Source: an uncultured Methanoregula sp.
Lineage (GTDB): Archaea > Halobacteriota > Methanomicrobia > Methanomicrobiales > Methanospirillaceae
Assembly: GCA_963662735.1 (NCBI GenBank)
Contig: OY759744.1
Span: 970,153-1,034,152 of the forward strand
Direction: 5' to 3'
Length of the DNA: 64,000 nt
Shown here: piece by piece, positions 1-10,322 of the stretch
Layout: the number at the start of each line of letters is the position of its first letter
How positions within the stretch are numbered: position 1 is the stretch's first letter
The notes under the pieces: generated by a model
The model's input: the letters and a program-made list of their open reading frames with translations, nothing else
What the model was told of the DNA's origin: nothing
The model's database searches: none
Made by a program: the position numbers and the translations under genes

Positions 1-47
1 TCTGGAAGCACGAGTACGATTACTGGAAGGGTCTGGGCGAGCTCTGA
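1..47 (+). CDS. 3-prime end of an unidentified CDS entering from upstream of the window
   Basis: Open frame ...WKHEYDYWKGLGEL ending at TGA 45-47. Too short to assign. Confidence 0.25.
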   Translation, partial: WKHEYDYWKGLGEL

Positions 48-225
48 CCCCCTCTTTTTGAGCCGGTTCCTTCTGTACGGGTCCCGTACGCCTGCCAATG
101 CTCTTACTACCGGTATGCCACGCACTATTGTCTGGTTTTTCCTTCCAGTCTCCTGGGACGTGTTGCACGAAGCAGGGAATCAATAACGTCCGCGTCGGGA
201 ACGGGAAAAAAAGGATTGACGGGTA

Positions 226-1413
226 TTATACAGTTGTTCTTTTCTTGATCATCTCGAGCGCTTCGAATGCTTCACGCCGGACCGCGATATTCTCGTCTGA
301 GAGGAGACCGGTCAGGTGATCGACTGCCTTCTGGTCGCCGATCTCACCCAGCAGGAGTGCAGCACGCTTCCGCACATCGCTCTGGTCATCCTTGAGCACC
401 ATGATGAGGGGCGTTGTCGCAGGCTGCCCGAGCATCCAGAGAGCCTCCATTGCACCGGTTCTCATGCGGGTATCGCCTTCCCGGAAGACCTGCATGAGCG
501 GGGCGATTGCCGGGACACCGAGTGCAGCAAGGGCTTTTACCGCCTCGATCCGGACCAGGCGTTCCGGATCATCGAGTGCATCGATGATAGGGGTTATGGC
601 CCTGGTATTCCCAATCTGGCCAAGCACTTCGGTGGCGCCCCTGCGGATGCCGGGATTCTGGTCGCCAAGAGCCCTGATGAGGGGTTCTACAGAAGATTCT
701 CCGATGGTTACCAGGGAAAGTCCCGCCCTGCGGCAGACATCTTCGTTGGTGTCAATCAGCGCCCGGATCAGCGGATCAATAGCAGGCTCTCCAATGGAGC
801 AGAGCGTAGCCATTGCAGACAAGCGGACCTGCTCTTTTGGATCATTGAGGCCTTCGATCAGGGGAGCTACGGCCCGGGGATCCCCGATCCGTCCGAGTGC
901 AACTGCACCCTCGTGCCGGACACCGGCGTCGGCATCCTTGAGTGACTCAATGATCGTTGCAACTGCCCGCTCTTCACCCATGATACCCAGTGCCTGTACT
1001 GCCCCCCTCCTGATGAACGGGTGACCGTTCTTCGTTGCATGGGCCAGCGGAGCAACTGACGGTTCGCCGATGAGCTGGAGGGCCCGGATGGTTTCCTGCC
1101 GGACCTCCTCGCCAGGATTGTCCAGGGCATTTATGAGCGGTGCAACGGCGGGTGCCCCGATCTTACCCAGGGTGTCGGCAGATCCTCGCCGGATGATCCA
1201 GTACTCATCCTTCAGTCCCTGGATGAGCGGCTCAATGAACGGCTCGCCCAGATCCCCGACCGATCTGACTGCCGCCCACCGGGCATCAAGATCCCCTTCC
1301 GTGAGGGCCTTGAGGAAACTCTCGTACCGTTCCTTCTGGGCACGGAGACGTGCTTCCTCCTCTTCCCCACTTCCCGATTTGAACAGGTTGAGGAATTTCT
1401 TTATAATACTCAT
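226..1413 (-). CDS. HEAT/PBS-lyase-like repeat protein
   Basis: The 395-aa ORF is built almost entirely of ~31-aa repeats of the form D..VR..A..ALG.IG.P.AV.PLI.AL, the HEAT_PBS signature. Confidence 0.85.
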   Translation of the reverse strand: MSIIKKFLNLFKSGSGEEEEARLRAQKERYESFLKALTEGDLDARWAAVRSVGDLGEPFIEPLIQGLKDEYWIIRRGSADTLGKIGAPAVAPLINALDNPGEEVRQETIRALQLIGEPSVAPLAHATKNGHPFIRRGAVQALGIMGEERAVATIIESLKDADAGVRHEGAVALGRIGDPRAVAPLIEGLNDPKEQVRLSAMATLCSIGEPAIDPLIRALIDTNEDVCRRAGLSLVTIGESSVEPLIRALGDQNPGIRRGATEVLGQIGNTRAITPIIDALDDPERLVRIEAVKALAALGVPAIAPLMQVFREGDTRMRTGAMEALWMLGQPATTPLIMVLKDDQSDVRKRAALLLGEIGDQKAVDHLTGLLSDENIAVRREAFEALEMIKKRTTV

Positions 1414-1547
1414 GGTAATTCTCCGGACGAGTATTTGTATAAATCATTCAAATAGGTATCGTAAAGGCGTTTTAGCGGAATTACGGTTCACCGCATCCAG
1501 AATCAGGGAAAAACAAAGAATCCGTGGGGATTAACCCTGGTAACATC

Positions 1548-2462
1548 TTACGTGTAACCCACGGAGAACTGGACTGAACTTGACGTTGTTTTGGGAACAT
1601 CATACACGTACATCGTGTAGTACCCGGTAGGCGTAGTCAAATCGGTAGCATATTGGAAATTCCAGTTTTTATCGGCTTTGACGGAAAATGTGCCAAGGCT
1701 TACCCCTCCCGAATATTGTCCGGGGCCGTAGAGTACCAGCTGGACACTCTGGGAACCGGTTGTGCAGAGACCGGAGAACCCGATAGTACTCCCCTGGGAT
1801 ACGGCATAACTGCTCGGTGCGATTGACACCTGGCCCCCTCCGATAACGGAAAATTGTGCTTTATCAGATGAGGTTTTATAGGGGTCGCTCACGACCATCG
1901 TATAGGTCCCTGCCATGATAGAAGACCCCGGGTTCCATGTATAACTCCAGGTTCCACCGGCATTGACGTTCTGCTGGGTAAGGCTCACACCGTTCGTATA
2001 CGCTCCCGGTCCGTATATCGTCAGCAGTACCTGTTGGCAACCCGTTGCTGTACCGGTGAAATGTATCGAATCTCCGGTCACCATCGCCTCCCGGCCTGCC
2101 TGAATCGTCACGGATGCCGGCGCCTGAGTCGGGGATGCGGTAATCACAACAACCGGAATCGGGGTTACACTGACGGACGTGGGTAGTAACGCGGCAAATA
2201 CGTTGTTCGGGCCCGACGATACTTTCATGACCGTTGACCAGCTCTCGTAGCCGGGATACCGGAATTCAAGAGTATGATTACCGGGTTCGATACCGGTCAC
2301 GGTACTGGGAGTGCTCCCCCGGAACTGGCCGTCAAGATAGATTTGTCCTCCTGATGGCGAAGAGGCAAACGTGATGGTTCCCTTATCCGGTGCCCTCTCC
2401 GAAATACAACCTGACATTACAACAAACAAAATTACCAGTAAAAAGATGATTTTCCGGATCAT
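1548..2462 (-). CDS. secreted PEGA-domain protein with two tandem beta-rich modules
   Basis: The ORF track gives 1548-2624. I place the start at ATG 2462 (MIRKIIFLLVILFVVMSGC, signal/lipobox-like). It has a PEGA-type segment (SSPSGGQIYLDGQFRGSTPSTVTGIEPGNHTLEFRYPGYESW), followed by two paralogous ~75-aa modules (..LLTIYGPGAYTNGVSL.. / ..QLVLYGPGQYSGGVSL..). Confidence 0.75.
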   Translation of the reverse strand: MIRKIIFLLVILFVVMSGCISERAPDKGTITFASSPSGGQIYLDGQFRGSTPSTVTGIEPGNHTLEFRYPGYESWSTVMKVSSGPNNVFAALLPTSVSVTPIPVVVITASPTQAPASVTIQAGREAMVTGDSIHFTGTATGCQQVLLTIYGPGAYTNGVSLTQQNVNAGGTWSYTWNPGSSIMAGTYTMVVSDPYKTSSDKAQFSVIGGGQVSIAPSSYAVSQGSTIGFSGLCTTGSQSVQLVLYGPGQYSGGVSLGTFSVKADKNWNFQYATDLTTPTGYYTMYVYDVPKTTSSSVQFSVGYT

Positions 2463-2565
2463 TGTGCCATTCTGCCTCGTACGATAAGCGTTATTGCCAA
2501 TCGATATATAGATTTGCAAAATCCACGCTTCCGCTTCACCGGGTGTAATGGAGTGCGATCCGGTG

Positions 2566-3468
2566 TCAGCGGGCTTCGATGAGCCGCAGGACTTCTTTTG
2601 CCAGGTCCACGCTCTTCTCTTCATCCACCATCAGCGTGTCGAACCTGACGGAATGGCTGACCTCTACCGGATCGCGGATATCCTGCACGAACACATCAGT
2701 AAGCCCATCGTAACAATTGAAGGTGCCAATCGAGCTCGGTTCAAAGCCCGATGCGGTCATAAGTGCCCCGGCAGGGCCGCTCACCGGGGCATCACCGATG
2801 AACGGGCTGACCGCGAGCACAAACTTGCCTCGGAGGGCCTGCTTGATTCCCTCGCAGGAGAGGATCGGCAGGATGCTCGTAATGGGGTTGGATGGCCCGA
2901 TCACCACGGCATCGCTTGCATCGATCGCAAGGAGAACCTCTTCTGTTGCAACCGGGGGTTCTGTATAACTCCGGACAACCTCTTGGATCCCGATCTTTCC
3001 TTTTGCCCTCACCCAGTATTCCTGGAAATGGATCAGGCCGAGATCGGTCTTTATCTGGGTGGTCACCTCGGTGTCGGTCATGGGAAGCACGTTCTCACGG
3101 ACCCCGTAGCGGTCGCAGAGGTTCCTGGTCACATTCGTGAGGCGCATGCCATTCCGGAGCATCTCGCCCCGCGCAATCTGGACAGCGCGATCCCTGTCGC
3201 CGATTGCGATAAACTCGTCAATGCCAAGCCGCATCAGTTCCTCGTGGGCGATGAACGTGTCGGACCGGATACCCCACCAGGTATCGGTGTTGAGCATGCC
3301 GGCAAACAGATACATCACGGTGTCGATGTCGGGAGAGATATGGTTGCCTGAAATCCAGATATCCTCGGCAGTATTGACAATGACCGAGATCTCGTGCCGA
3401 TCCATGACTTTCTGCATGCCCCGCAGGAGTTTCGGGGTACCGGTCCCGCCCGAAAGAAAGGTGATCAT
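2566..3468 (-). CDS. cofD: 2-phospho-L-lactate transferase (F420 biosynthesis, CofD)
   Basis: 300 aa. N-terminal [18 protein letters not shown] motif and overall CofD/UPF0052 layout. Confidence 0.85.
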   Translation of the reverse strand: MITFLSGGTGTPKLLRGMQKVMDRHEISVIVNTAEDIWISGNHISPDIDTVMYLFAGMLNTDTWWGIRSDTFIAHEELMRLGIDEFIAIGDRDRAVQIARGEMLRNGMRLTNVTRNLCDRYGVRENVLPMTDTEVTTQIKTDLGLIHFQEYWVRAKGKIGIQEVVRSYTEPPVATEEVLLAIDASDAVVIGPSNPITSILPILSCEGIKQALRGKFVLAVSPFIGDAPVSGPAGALMTASGFEPSSIGTFNCYDGLTDVFVQDIRDPVEVSHSVRFDTLMVDEEKSVDLAKEVLRLIEAR

Positions 3469-3507
3469 TACTCAATACTTTTATGCGATGTATATGAAGA
3501 TTCTTTA

Positions 3508-4719
3508 GTGAACCAGAAGATCATCAAGGACCCGGTCCATGGCTATGTGGAACTCGAGGATTTTGCACTTGCCCTTCTCGATTCCCCGGCCCTCCAGCGC
3601 CTCCGTTACGTCAAGCAGCTGGGGTTCTCCTATCTCGTGTACCCGGGTGCCAACCATACCCGGTTCGAGCATTCGCTGGGTACCATGTTCCTTGCTGATC
3701 TGGCGAGCCGGAGGTTCGGCCTGGTGGAGGACGAGCGCCGGCTCGTTATTGCCGCGGCCCTCCTCCACGATATCGGCCACGGTCCCTTCTCCCATGCGAG
3801 CGAGCCACTCATGGAGGAGTTCCTCCACCGCACGCATGACGAGATCGATCTGATCGTTGAAAGCCAGGTAGGGGAACAGCTCAGGTCTTCCGGTATTGAT
3901 CCCGGGGAACTCTGCGATGTGGTTAAAGGAAAACACCTGCTTTCAGGAATTATTCACGGCGATCTCGATGTGGACCGGATGGACTACCTCCTCCGGGATG
4001 CCTATTACACCGGCGCCCCGTACGGGATGGTGGATGCACAGCGCCTGATCCGGCACCTGGTACGGACCCCCGAAGGCACGGTTCTCGACGAGAATGGCAT
4101 CAATGCGGCAGAGTCGCTCCTGATCGCAAGAACCCTCATGCGCCCTGCCGTGTACTATCACCATGTCAGCCGGATCGGGGAGAGCATGTTCCAGCTCGCG
4201 ATGATCGAGCATGTAAAAGACTGCCCGGCCGATACCATCAGCTCGCTCCTGCAGATGGATGATGCCACCTGCCTGCACACCCTTATGACCTCGAAAAATC
4301 CCGTTGTCCGCGATCTCGCAGGCAGCCTGTACGGGCGCCGGCTGTACAAACGGGCCCTGTACGCCGGCAGCGACCAGGTGAACACCACGGTCTTCCATGC
4401 TGGTGTCCCTATCGAGAAATGCCGGGAGTACGCAGCTGAAATTGCACAGCGTGCCGGGATCCTGCCGCAGCAGGTGCTGGTGGACATCCCCTCCATTCCG
4501 CGGGAGATCTCGCTCGGGGTCCGGGTGAAGAACCAGCATGCGGTTGTCAGTTTCGAGGAGATCTCGCCCCGGGCCCGGACCCTGAATGAAACGCGGCGGG
4601 AACAGTGGCGCCTTGGGGTCTATACCCTTCCCGAGCACCGGGAGAAAGTGGCCGAGGCAGGCATCGAGGTCCTCCACCTCAAAAAGCCCACCCGGCAGGA
4701 AACCCTGACCCTCTTCTAA
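3508..4719 (+). CDS. HD-domain phosphohydrolase (SAMHD1/dGTPase-like superfamily)
   Basis: HS..T ... LLHDIGHGPFSH ... DVDRMDYLLRD motifs. The ORF track start at 3394 lies inside cofD, so I use the in-frame GTG at 3508 (VNQKIIKDPVHGYVEL). Confidence 0.8.
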   Translation: MNQKIIKDPVHGYVELEDFALALLDSPALQRLRYVKQLGFSYLVYPGANHTRFEHSLGTMFLADLASRRFGLVEDERRLVIAAALLHDIGHGPFSHASEPLMEEFLHRTHDEIDLIVESQVGEQLRSSGIDPGELCDVVKGKHLLSGIIHGDLDVDRMDYLLRDAYYTGAPYGMVDAQRLIRHLVRTPEGTVLDENGINAAESLLIARTLMRPAVYYHHVSRIGESMFQLAMIEHVKDCPADTISSLLQMDDATCLHTLMTSKNPVVRDLAGSLYGRRLYKRALYAGSDQVNTTVFHAGVPIEKCREYAAEIAQRAGILPQQVLVDIPSIPREISLGVRVKNQHAVVSFEEISPRARTLNETRREQWRLGVYTLPEHREKVAEAGIEVLHLKKPTRQETLTLF

Positions 4720-4836
4720 TCTTCGAAGAATGCCTCTTTTTCGAGAAAATCACTCCCTGCTGCGCAGGGCTTACGGGTCTCTTCATGCTATGCATACCAT
4801 AAAAAAATATAATCCTGTACCCAATCACTCACTCAT

Positions 4837-5310
4837 ATGAAACCATATGGAATTGTCCTTTTTATCCTGATCCTTGCAGGGCTTCTCGTCACTGGCTGTA
4901 CCCAGAGCCCTATGCCCTCCGCCCCCCAATCGAGCACGCCGGTGGCAACAACCGTGACAAAAAACACCCCCGTTTCCCAGCCCTCGTTCACGCTGGGCGA
5001 TCATTATCTCCAGAAATCCTACTCGTTCCAGAGTGAAAACCAGGTTGAGACAGAACAGTTTTACGTGGATAACCCTTCATGGGGAATCGGGTTTACGGTT
5101 CTCCCGCTCAATGACAACATCAATTACTGCTGGTTTGAGCTGAAAGTGACGAACACGAACAACGGGCGCACGGACACGTACGGCTATGGCCGCGATAACG
5201 GTTTTGAGCTTACGCGCCAGATCCCTATGTATACTACCGGGCCATATAAACTCGAAATGAAAGGGAACCGCGTGAAAGTGGATGTCACTGCGGCGAAACG
5301 AAACCCGTAA
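4837..5310 (+). CDS. small secreted lipoprotein-like hypothetical protein
   Basis: N-terminus MKPYGIVLFILILAGLLVTGC (signal plus Cys). No recognisable domain. Confidence 0.6.
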   Translation: MKPYGIVLFILILAGLLVTGCTQSPMPSAPQSSTPVATTVTKNTPVSQPSFTLGDHYLQKSYSFQSENQVETEQFYVDNPSWGIGFTVLPLNDNINYCWFELKVTNTNNGRTDTYGYGRDNGFELTRQIPMYTTGPYKLEMKGNRVKVDVTAAKRNP

Positions 5311-5328
5311 CTCATGAGGTGAAATGGT

Positions 5329-5775
5329 ATGACAGAAGACTGGATTGTTGTGACCTGCGGTGTAGTGATAGTAATTCTTGTAGTTGCCTTCACGCTCCTG
5401 AAACTCCGCGGGGCAGAGCGGAAAATGCATGAGAGTACCCACAAGCTCAGGGTCTATACCGACCTGCTCAACGCCATCACCGAACTCAATCTTGCCGGTG
5501 GCGACCCCTACAAGATGGATATCGCAAAGAAGAACCTCGCCCTTACCCTCAACCGCCTCAACCTTATCGGGAGCACCGGCGTACTCAAGAGCACCAACGA
5601 TCTCCTGGACTTCTTAAACGAGCACAAGGATAAGGACTATGATACCCTCCGGCTCCACAATATCCTCAATACCCTCGTAATCGAGGCGCGCCGCGATCTC
5701 AATCCCTCCCATGCAAAGAAAGTCGAGGAAGCGCAGGTAAGGTACCGCTTCTTTGCGCCAATGAAAAACAAGTAA
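5329..5775 (+). CDS. hypothetical single-pass membrane protein
   Basis: N-terminal hydrophobic helix (IVVTCGVVIVILVVAFTLL) followed by a helical soluble part. Starts 18 nt after the preceding gene. Confidence 0.55.
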   Translation: MTEDWIVVTCGVVIVILVVAFTLLKLRGAERKMHESTHKLRVYTDLLNAITELNLAGGDPYKMDIAKKNLALTLNRLNLIGSTGVLKSTNDLLDFLNEHKDKDYDTLRLHNILNTLVIEARRDLNPSHAKKVEEAQVRYRFFAPMKNK

Positions 5776-5859
5776 ACCCCCAATAATGCCGGAAAGACCG
5801 GCACAAACTCTTTTTGTCCCCGCTCCGACATTGGTACCACAGGAGAGCGCGAAGAAATT

Positions 5860-6414
5860 ATGAAAAAGGAGTATGTAGTCGGGGTGACGGGGGCAAGCGG
5901 GTCCTGCTATGCCCGCCGCCTGCTGGAAGTGCTGTGCAAGGATGCGAAGGTTCACGTGATCGTATCGGATGTCGCTGCCCAGATCGCTACCCATGAAGGC
6001 GTCTCGCTTGAAGGGTTCAATGCCACGTACCACCAGAACGACAAGCTCTTTGCGTCCATTGCAAGCGGGTCGCACAAGTATGATGGCATGGTCGTGATCC
6101 CCTGCAGTGCCAAGACGCTCGCAGCGATTTCCGTCGGCTATGCAGACAACCTGATCACCCGGACCGCGGATGTCTGCCTCAAGGAAGGCCGGAAATGCAT
6201 TCTCGTTACCCGGGAGATGCCGCTCTCGAAGATCCACCTGAAAAATATGCTTGCCGCCGAGGAGGCCGGCGCAACCATCATGCCGGCAAGCCCCGGGTTT
6301 TACCATAAGCCAAAGACCATCGACGATCTCGTGGACATGGTGGTAGCCCGCGTACTGGATCATCTCGACGTGGAACACAATCTCATACAGCGCTGGAGTG
6401 GTTACGATGCGTGA
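5860..6414 (+). CDS. ubiX: flavin prenyltransferase UbiX
   Basis: 184 aa with VGVTGASGS...VIPCS..TLA flavoprotein motifs typical of UbiX/Pad1. Confidence 0.85.
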   Translation: MKKEYVVGVTGASGSCYARRLLEVLCKDAKVHVIVSDVAAQIATHEGVSLEGFNATYHQNDKLFASIASGSHKYDGMVVIPCSAKTLAAISVGYADNLITRTADVCLKEGRKCILVTREMPLSKIHLKNMLAAEEAGATIMPASPGFYHKPKTIDDLVDMVVARVLDHLDVEHNLIQRWSGYDA

Positions 6415-7642
6415 ATTTATTGAACGGATGCGAAAAGCCGGTCTCGTTATCGATATCGAAGAGCCGGTATCTGCGGATATGCAGGCCCCGAAGATGGCGG
6501 CAGGAACCGACAAGCTTCTCTTCTTCCACAATATCGGTGGCCACCGTGCGGTGATGAACCTTACCGCGAGCCGGACCTCCCTCTCCCTTGCGCTCGGGAT
6601 TGAAGAGGCGAAATTTGTCAAGACGCTCGCGGATGCAAAGTTCGACGGGAAAGTCACCGAAGCCGGCACGCTGCCCATGCAGAAGCCCGATCTCTCGAAG
6701 ATCCCGATCATGCACCATTTCCCGAAAGATGCCGGGAAGTACCTCACCTCCGCCATTGTCTTCTCCCGCTACGACGGCGTCGAGAACGCGTCCATCCACC
6801 GGATGCAGGTGCTTGACGACCATCGTGTTGCAGCCAGGCTGGTCGAGGGCAGGCACACGCACGTGATGCTCAAAAATGCCCTGGCAAAAGGCGAGAAGCT
6901 TCCCGTCGCAGTGACAATCGGGACGCACCCGTCCGTAACCTTTGCCAGCTGCACGCGGGTGCCGACCGGCATGGAGCTCCCGTTTGCCGCAGAACTGATG
7001 GGTGGGGAGCTCGCGGTGAACCGGTGCAGCAACGGGGTACTCGTACCCGAAGCCGAGATCGTACTTGAAGGATTCATCACGGCCGAACTCACCGAGGAGG
7101 GGCCGTTCGTGGACATCACCGGGACCTATGATCCGGTCCGCATGCAGCACATCATCGAGTTCACCGGCATGCACACGAAGCCGGATTTCATCTACCATGG
7201 GATTCTTCCCGGCGGCGACGAGCACAAGATGCTGATGGGCGCTCCCTACGAGCCGAAGATCTATAAGGCGGTAGCCGGGGTCACGGTCGTAAAAAACGTA
7301 GTGCTGACCAAGGGCGGCTGCGGATACCTTCACGCGGTCATCCAGATCAAAAAGAGCACGCAGGGCGATGCCAAGAACGCGATCATGGCAGCATTCGCCG
7401 CCCACACCTCGCTCAAGCACGTGGTTGTGGTTGACGAGGACATCGATCCCACAAATCCCCACGAGGTCGAGTACGCCATTGCAACCCGGGTGAGCGGCGA
7501 CCGGGACATCATGGTGATCACCGGCGTCCGGGGCTCATCACTCGACCCGTGTCAGCTTGAGGACGGCACGAATGTCAAGGTTGGGGTCGATGCAACGATG
7601 GTACTCGGTCGCGAGGCTGACTTCACGCGGGCAACGTGGTGA
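6407..7642 (+). CDS. UbiD-family decarboxylase, short archaeal type (candidate anhydromevalonate-phosphate decarboxylase)
   Basis: About 411 aa of UbiD-like sequence. ATG 6407 overlaps the ubiX stop by 8 nt. The specific function is inferred from the ubiX and AcnX neighbours. Confidence 0.75.
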   Translation: MREFIERMRKAGLVIDIEEPVSADMQAPKMAAGTDKLLFFHNIGGHRAVMNLTASRTSLSLALGIEEAKFVKTLADAKFDGKVTEAGTLPMQKPDLSKIPIMHHFPKDAGKYLTSAIVFSRYDGVENASIHRMQVLDDHRVAARLVEGRHTHVMLKNALAKGEKLPVAVTIGTHPSVTFASCTRVPTGMELPFAAELMGGELAVNRCSNGVLVPEAEIVLEGFITAELTEEGPFVDITGTYDPVRMQHIIEFTGMHTKPDFIYHGILPGGDEHKMLMGAPYEPKIYKAVAGVTVVKNVVLTKGGCGYLHAVIQIKKSTQGDAKNAIMAAFAAHTSLKHVVVVDEDIDPTNPHEVEYAIATRVSGDRDIMVITGVRGSSLDPCQLEDGTNVKVGVDATMVLGREADFTRATW

Positions 7643-7647
7643 ACCCC

Positions 7648-8820
7648 ATGTATCTCGATCCTGAAGATGAACGGATCCTTGCCGGCGAACAGGGAGAGAC
7701 CCGGCAGAAGATGCTCGAACTCCTGGTTGCGCTCGGCAAGGTGTTCGGGGCAGAGAGACTCGTCCCGATCCGGAGTGCCCAGGTCAGCGGGGCATCCTAC
7801 AAGACGATTGGCGAGTACGGCCTTGCCTGGCTTTCCACGCTCGATGCAAAAGCGGTTGTCCCGGCGGTGCTGAACCCGATCGGTATGCCACGGGGGCGCT
7901 GGCAGGAGATGGGCATCAGCGGGGATTTCGCGCAGAAGCAGAATGCGGTAGTCGCGGCGTACGAACGGCTGGGTATCGGTCTTGAATGCACCTGCACGCC
8001 GTATTACTTGCGCGAAACTTCGTACGGGGATCATCTCGCGTGGTCGGAATCTTCCGCGGTCAGTTACGCGAACTCGGTGATCGGGGCCCGGACGAATCGC
8101 GAGGGCGGGCCCGGTGCTCTTGCAGCAGCTATTGTCGGCAAGACTCCCTGCTACGGGTTTCATCTTGAGGAGAACCGCAGGCCGCAGGTGATCGTCCGTG
8201 TACAGGCCGATACCCGCGACTGGAGCATAGCGCATTACGGGGCACTCGGCCATCACACCGGCAAACTTGTCGGCAATCGGATCCCGTTCCTGTCAGGGCT
8301 CGAAGCTGCCGACAGCGATCATCTTAAGGGGCTCGGGGCCGCGATGGCGGCAACCGGGGCCGTGGCCCTCTACCACGTGGAAGGCGTGACGCCGGAAGCG
8401 GTGAAGATCCCCTTTGACCTTTCCGGTCTTGAAGTCATTACTGTTGAAACGGGCGAGATCGAGGCATTGTTCCGGCACATGCCGGTCGATGCCGTGGCTG
8501 TTGGCTGCCCGCACTGCTCCCCAAAAGAACTCGAAGAGATCGCCCGGCTCCTGAAGGGAAAACTGGTAATGATGCCCCTCTATGTCTTTGCCGCGCAGGG
8601 AGTCATCGACAAGAACCAGCGTACCGTGGACGCGATCGAGAAGAGCGGCGCCCGGGTTTTTGCCGATACCTGCATGGTGGTCTCGCCGGTTATGGAGCAG
8701 TACTCCGCCATCATGGTGAACAGTGGTAAGGCACTCGCCTATGTACCGGACATGTGCGCCGCGGTTGCCCGCATCGGGACGATCGAAAACTGTGTGAACG
8801 TGGCGACCGGCGAAAAATAG
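7648..8820 (+). CDS. aconitase-X (DUF521) catalytic/large subunit, candidate phosphomevalonate dehydratase large subunit
   Basis: MYLDPEDERILAGEQGE... N-terminus and length are typical of DUF521/AcnX. ATG lies 6 nt after the UbiD-like stop. Confidence 0.75.
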   Translation: MYLDPEDERILAGEQGETRQKMLELLVALGKVFGAERLVPIRSAQVSGASYKTIGEYGLAWLSTLDAKAVVPAVLNPIGMPRGRWQEMGISGDFAQKQNAVVAAYERLGIGLECTCTPYYLRETSYGDHLAWSESSAVSYANSVIGARTNREGGPGALAAAIVGKTPCYGFHLEENRRPQVIVRVQADTRDWSIAHYGALGHHTGKLVGNRIPFLSGLEAADSDHLKGLGAAMAATGAVALYHVEGVTPEAVKIPFDLSGLEVITVETGEIEALFRHMPVDAVAVGCPHCSPKELEEIARLLKGKLVMMPLYVFAAQGVIDKNQRTVDAIEKSGARVFADTCMVVSPVMEQYSAIMVNSGKALAYVPDMCAAVARIGTIENCVNVATGEK

Positions 8821-9047
8821 ATCGGGTACCCCGGTGCGTTTCCGACCTTCCTGAAGATCCTTTTCTTTTTTGCCACGACACCCGCGGCTGAATCCTGGAT
8901 CCGGCCGTAGCCCCGCTGTGGACACAAATCTCACGGGCACCGGCGGATCTTTTAGCATCATTTTTTCGTGGCGGGAAATATTTTCCCCGCCATTCGGCAA
9001 AAAACATATCACAAATAATATTATCCTGCCGCCCAGTATCCGATCAT

Positions 9048-10160
9048 ATGGTTCCACCTGTCCGGAAGAACCGTGTCCTGATCATTGCAGGATTTCTCCT
9101 TGCTCTCATCCTTGTCGTTCCACCGGCACTGGCTGAGGTTGATTTCCAGATCTACTCAGTCCCGTCGGGGGCTGTGGTATCCGTGGATAATTTCTGGTTC
9201 GACACCACACCGGCAACGGTCAAGTACGTTGGCAGCGGCTGGCACACGATCCAGGTCAGCATGGACGGGTACCAGACCAATACCCAGTCCCAGTACTGCG
9301 ATGACGCCACAGGAGGTACCCAGGTCTGCGTGATCAATGTTAACCTGGTGCCAAACCCTGTTTCATACGGATGGCTCGACATCAACCCGTTCAATGCAGA
9401 AGTGTGGGTTGACGGGATCGATCATGGCAACGGGAATATGCAGATTCCGCTCGCCCCGGGAAACCACCTCCTCGTCCTCAAAAAACCCGGCTATTATGAT
9501 TACTCGGAGACATTTTCTGTCAGTGCCGGTCAGACAACTTCGCGGGCACCCGGGATGACCCCGTATCCCCAGCAGCCCCAGTACGGGTCGCTCCAGATTG
9601 ATTCGGATCCTGCGGGTTCTGCCGTGTACCTGAACAATGTGTACAAGGGAATTGAACCCGCCTCCGGTGCGTTCTACATAACGGACCTCGCGCCCGGCAC
9701 CTATACGCTCACCCTGAATATGCAGGATTACCAGCTGTGGACCCAGCAGGTCGTGGTGCAGGCAGGAATCGTGAATGATATCCATGCCAAGCTCGTGCCC
9801 AACCCGGTGGGTCCCACGCCGGATACAACCGGCCAGATCTACTTCTCAACGGTTCCGGCAACTGCCAATGTGTACCTCGACAATGTGTACCGCGGGATCA
9901 CGCCCCTGACGCTCAAAGATATCCCGGCCGGAAATCATGCGGTCACCTACAAGCTTACCGGGTTCCAGGACTATTCAACGGTTGCCAGTGTTACCGGAGG
10001 AACCATCATCAACGTGCCTGCAACGCTCACTCTCTCCAGCCCGCTGCCAACAGGGACAGTACCCGCACCCAAACCGACAAAATCCGCAGCCGGCTGGATA
10101 CCTGTTGTGATGGCACTTGGAATCTGCGGTGCACTTTTCCTCGTGAGAAAGAAAGCATAA
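9048..10160 (+). CDS. multi-PEGA-domain surface protein with C-terminal TM anchor
   Basis: Signal-like N-terminus, at least four PEGA-type modules (e.g. SDPAGSAVYLNNVYKG...APGTYTLTLNMQDYQ), and a C-terminal helix (WIPVVMALGICGALFLVRKK). Confidence 0.8.
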   Translation: MVPPVRKNRVLIIAGFLLALILVVPPALAEVDFQIYSVPSGAVVSVDNFWFDTTPATVKYVGSGWHTIQVSMDGYQTNTQSQYCDDATGGTQVCVINVNLVPNPVSYGWLDINPFNAEVWVDGIDHGNGNMQIPLAPGNHLLVLKKPGYYDYSETFSVSAGQTTSRAPGMTPYPQQPQYGSLQIDSDPAGSAVYLNNVYKGIEPASGAFYITDLAPGTYTLTLNMQDYQLWTQQVVVQAGIVNDIHAKLVPNPVGPTPDTTGQIYFSTVPATANVYLDNVYRGITPLTLKDIPAGNHAVTYKLTGFQDYSTVASVTGGTIINVPATLTLSSPLPTGTVPAPKPTKSAAGWIPVVMALGICGALFLVRKKA

Positions 10161-10186
10161 TCTTTTTTCGTATCCGTTTTTCCGGA
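10158..10186 (+). terminator. oligo-T tracts after the PEGA gene
   Basis: taatcttttttcgtatccgtttttcc immediately after the stop. Archaeal terminators are T-tracts. Confidence 0.3.
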
Positions 10187-10322
10187 ACTGCCATTCGGCA
10201 CTGGTGGTATTGCTCTTTCTTTTTCCCAGGTACTTCCCGGAATTTTTCCAACAGGTGTATATCCTGGGGAACTATTTTTCAAAAAAGCTCCGGCCCATTC
10301 GTGCCGCAAAAAAAGAAAATGA

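Noticed and set aside
98-319. 73-aa plus-strand ORF at the window start
   Set aside because: It overlaps the 3-prime end of the HEAT-repeat gene on the other strand, has no motifs, and lies in a likely terminator/intergenic region.
5614-7462. 380-aa and 359-aa minus-strand ORFs
   Set aside because: They are antisense to ubiX and the UbiD-like gene and have no motifs.
8293-9057. 254-aa minus-strand ORF that might have been the missing AcnX small subunit
   Set aside because: It is antisense to the AcnX large-subunit gene, has R/G/H-rich low-complexity translation, and is too long and unlike DUF126.
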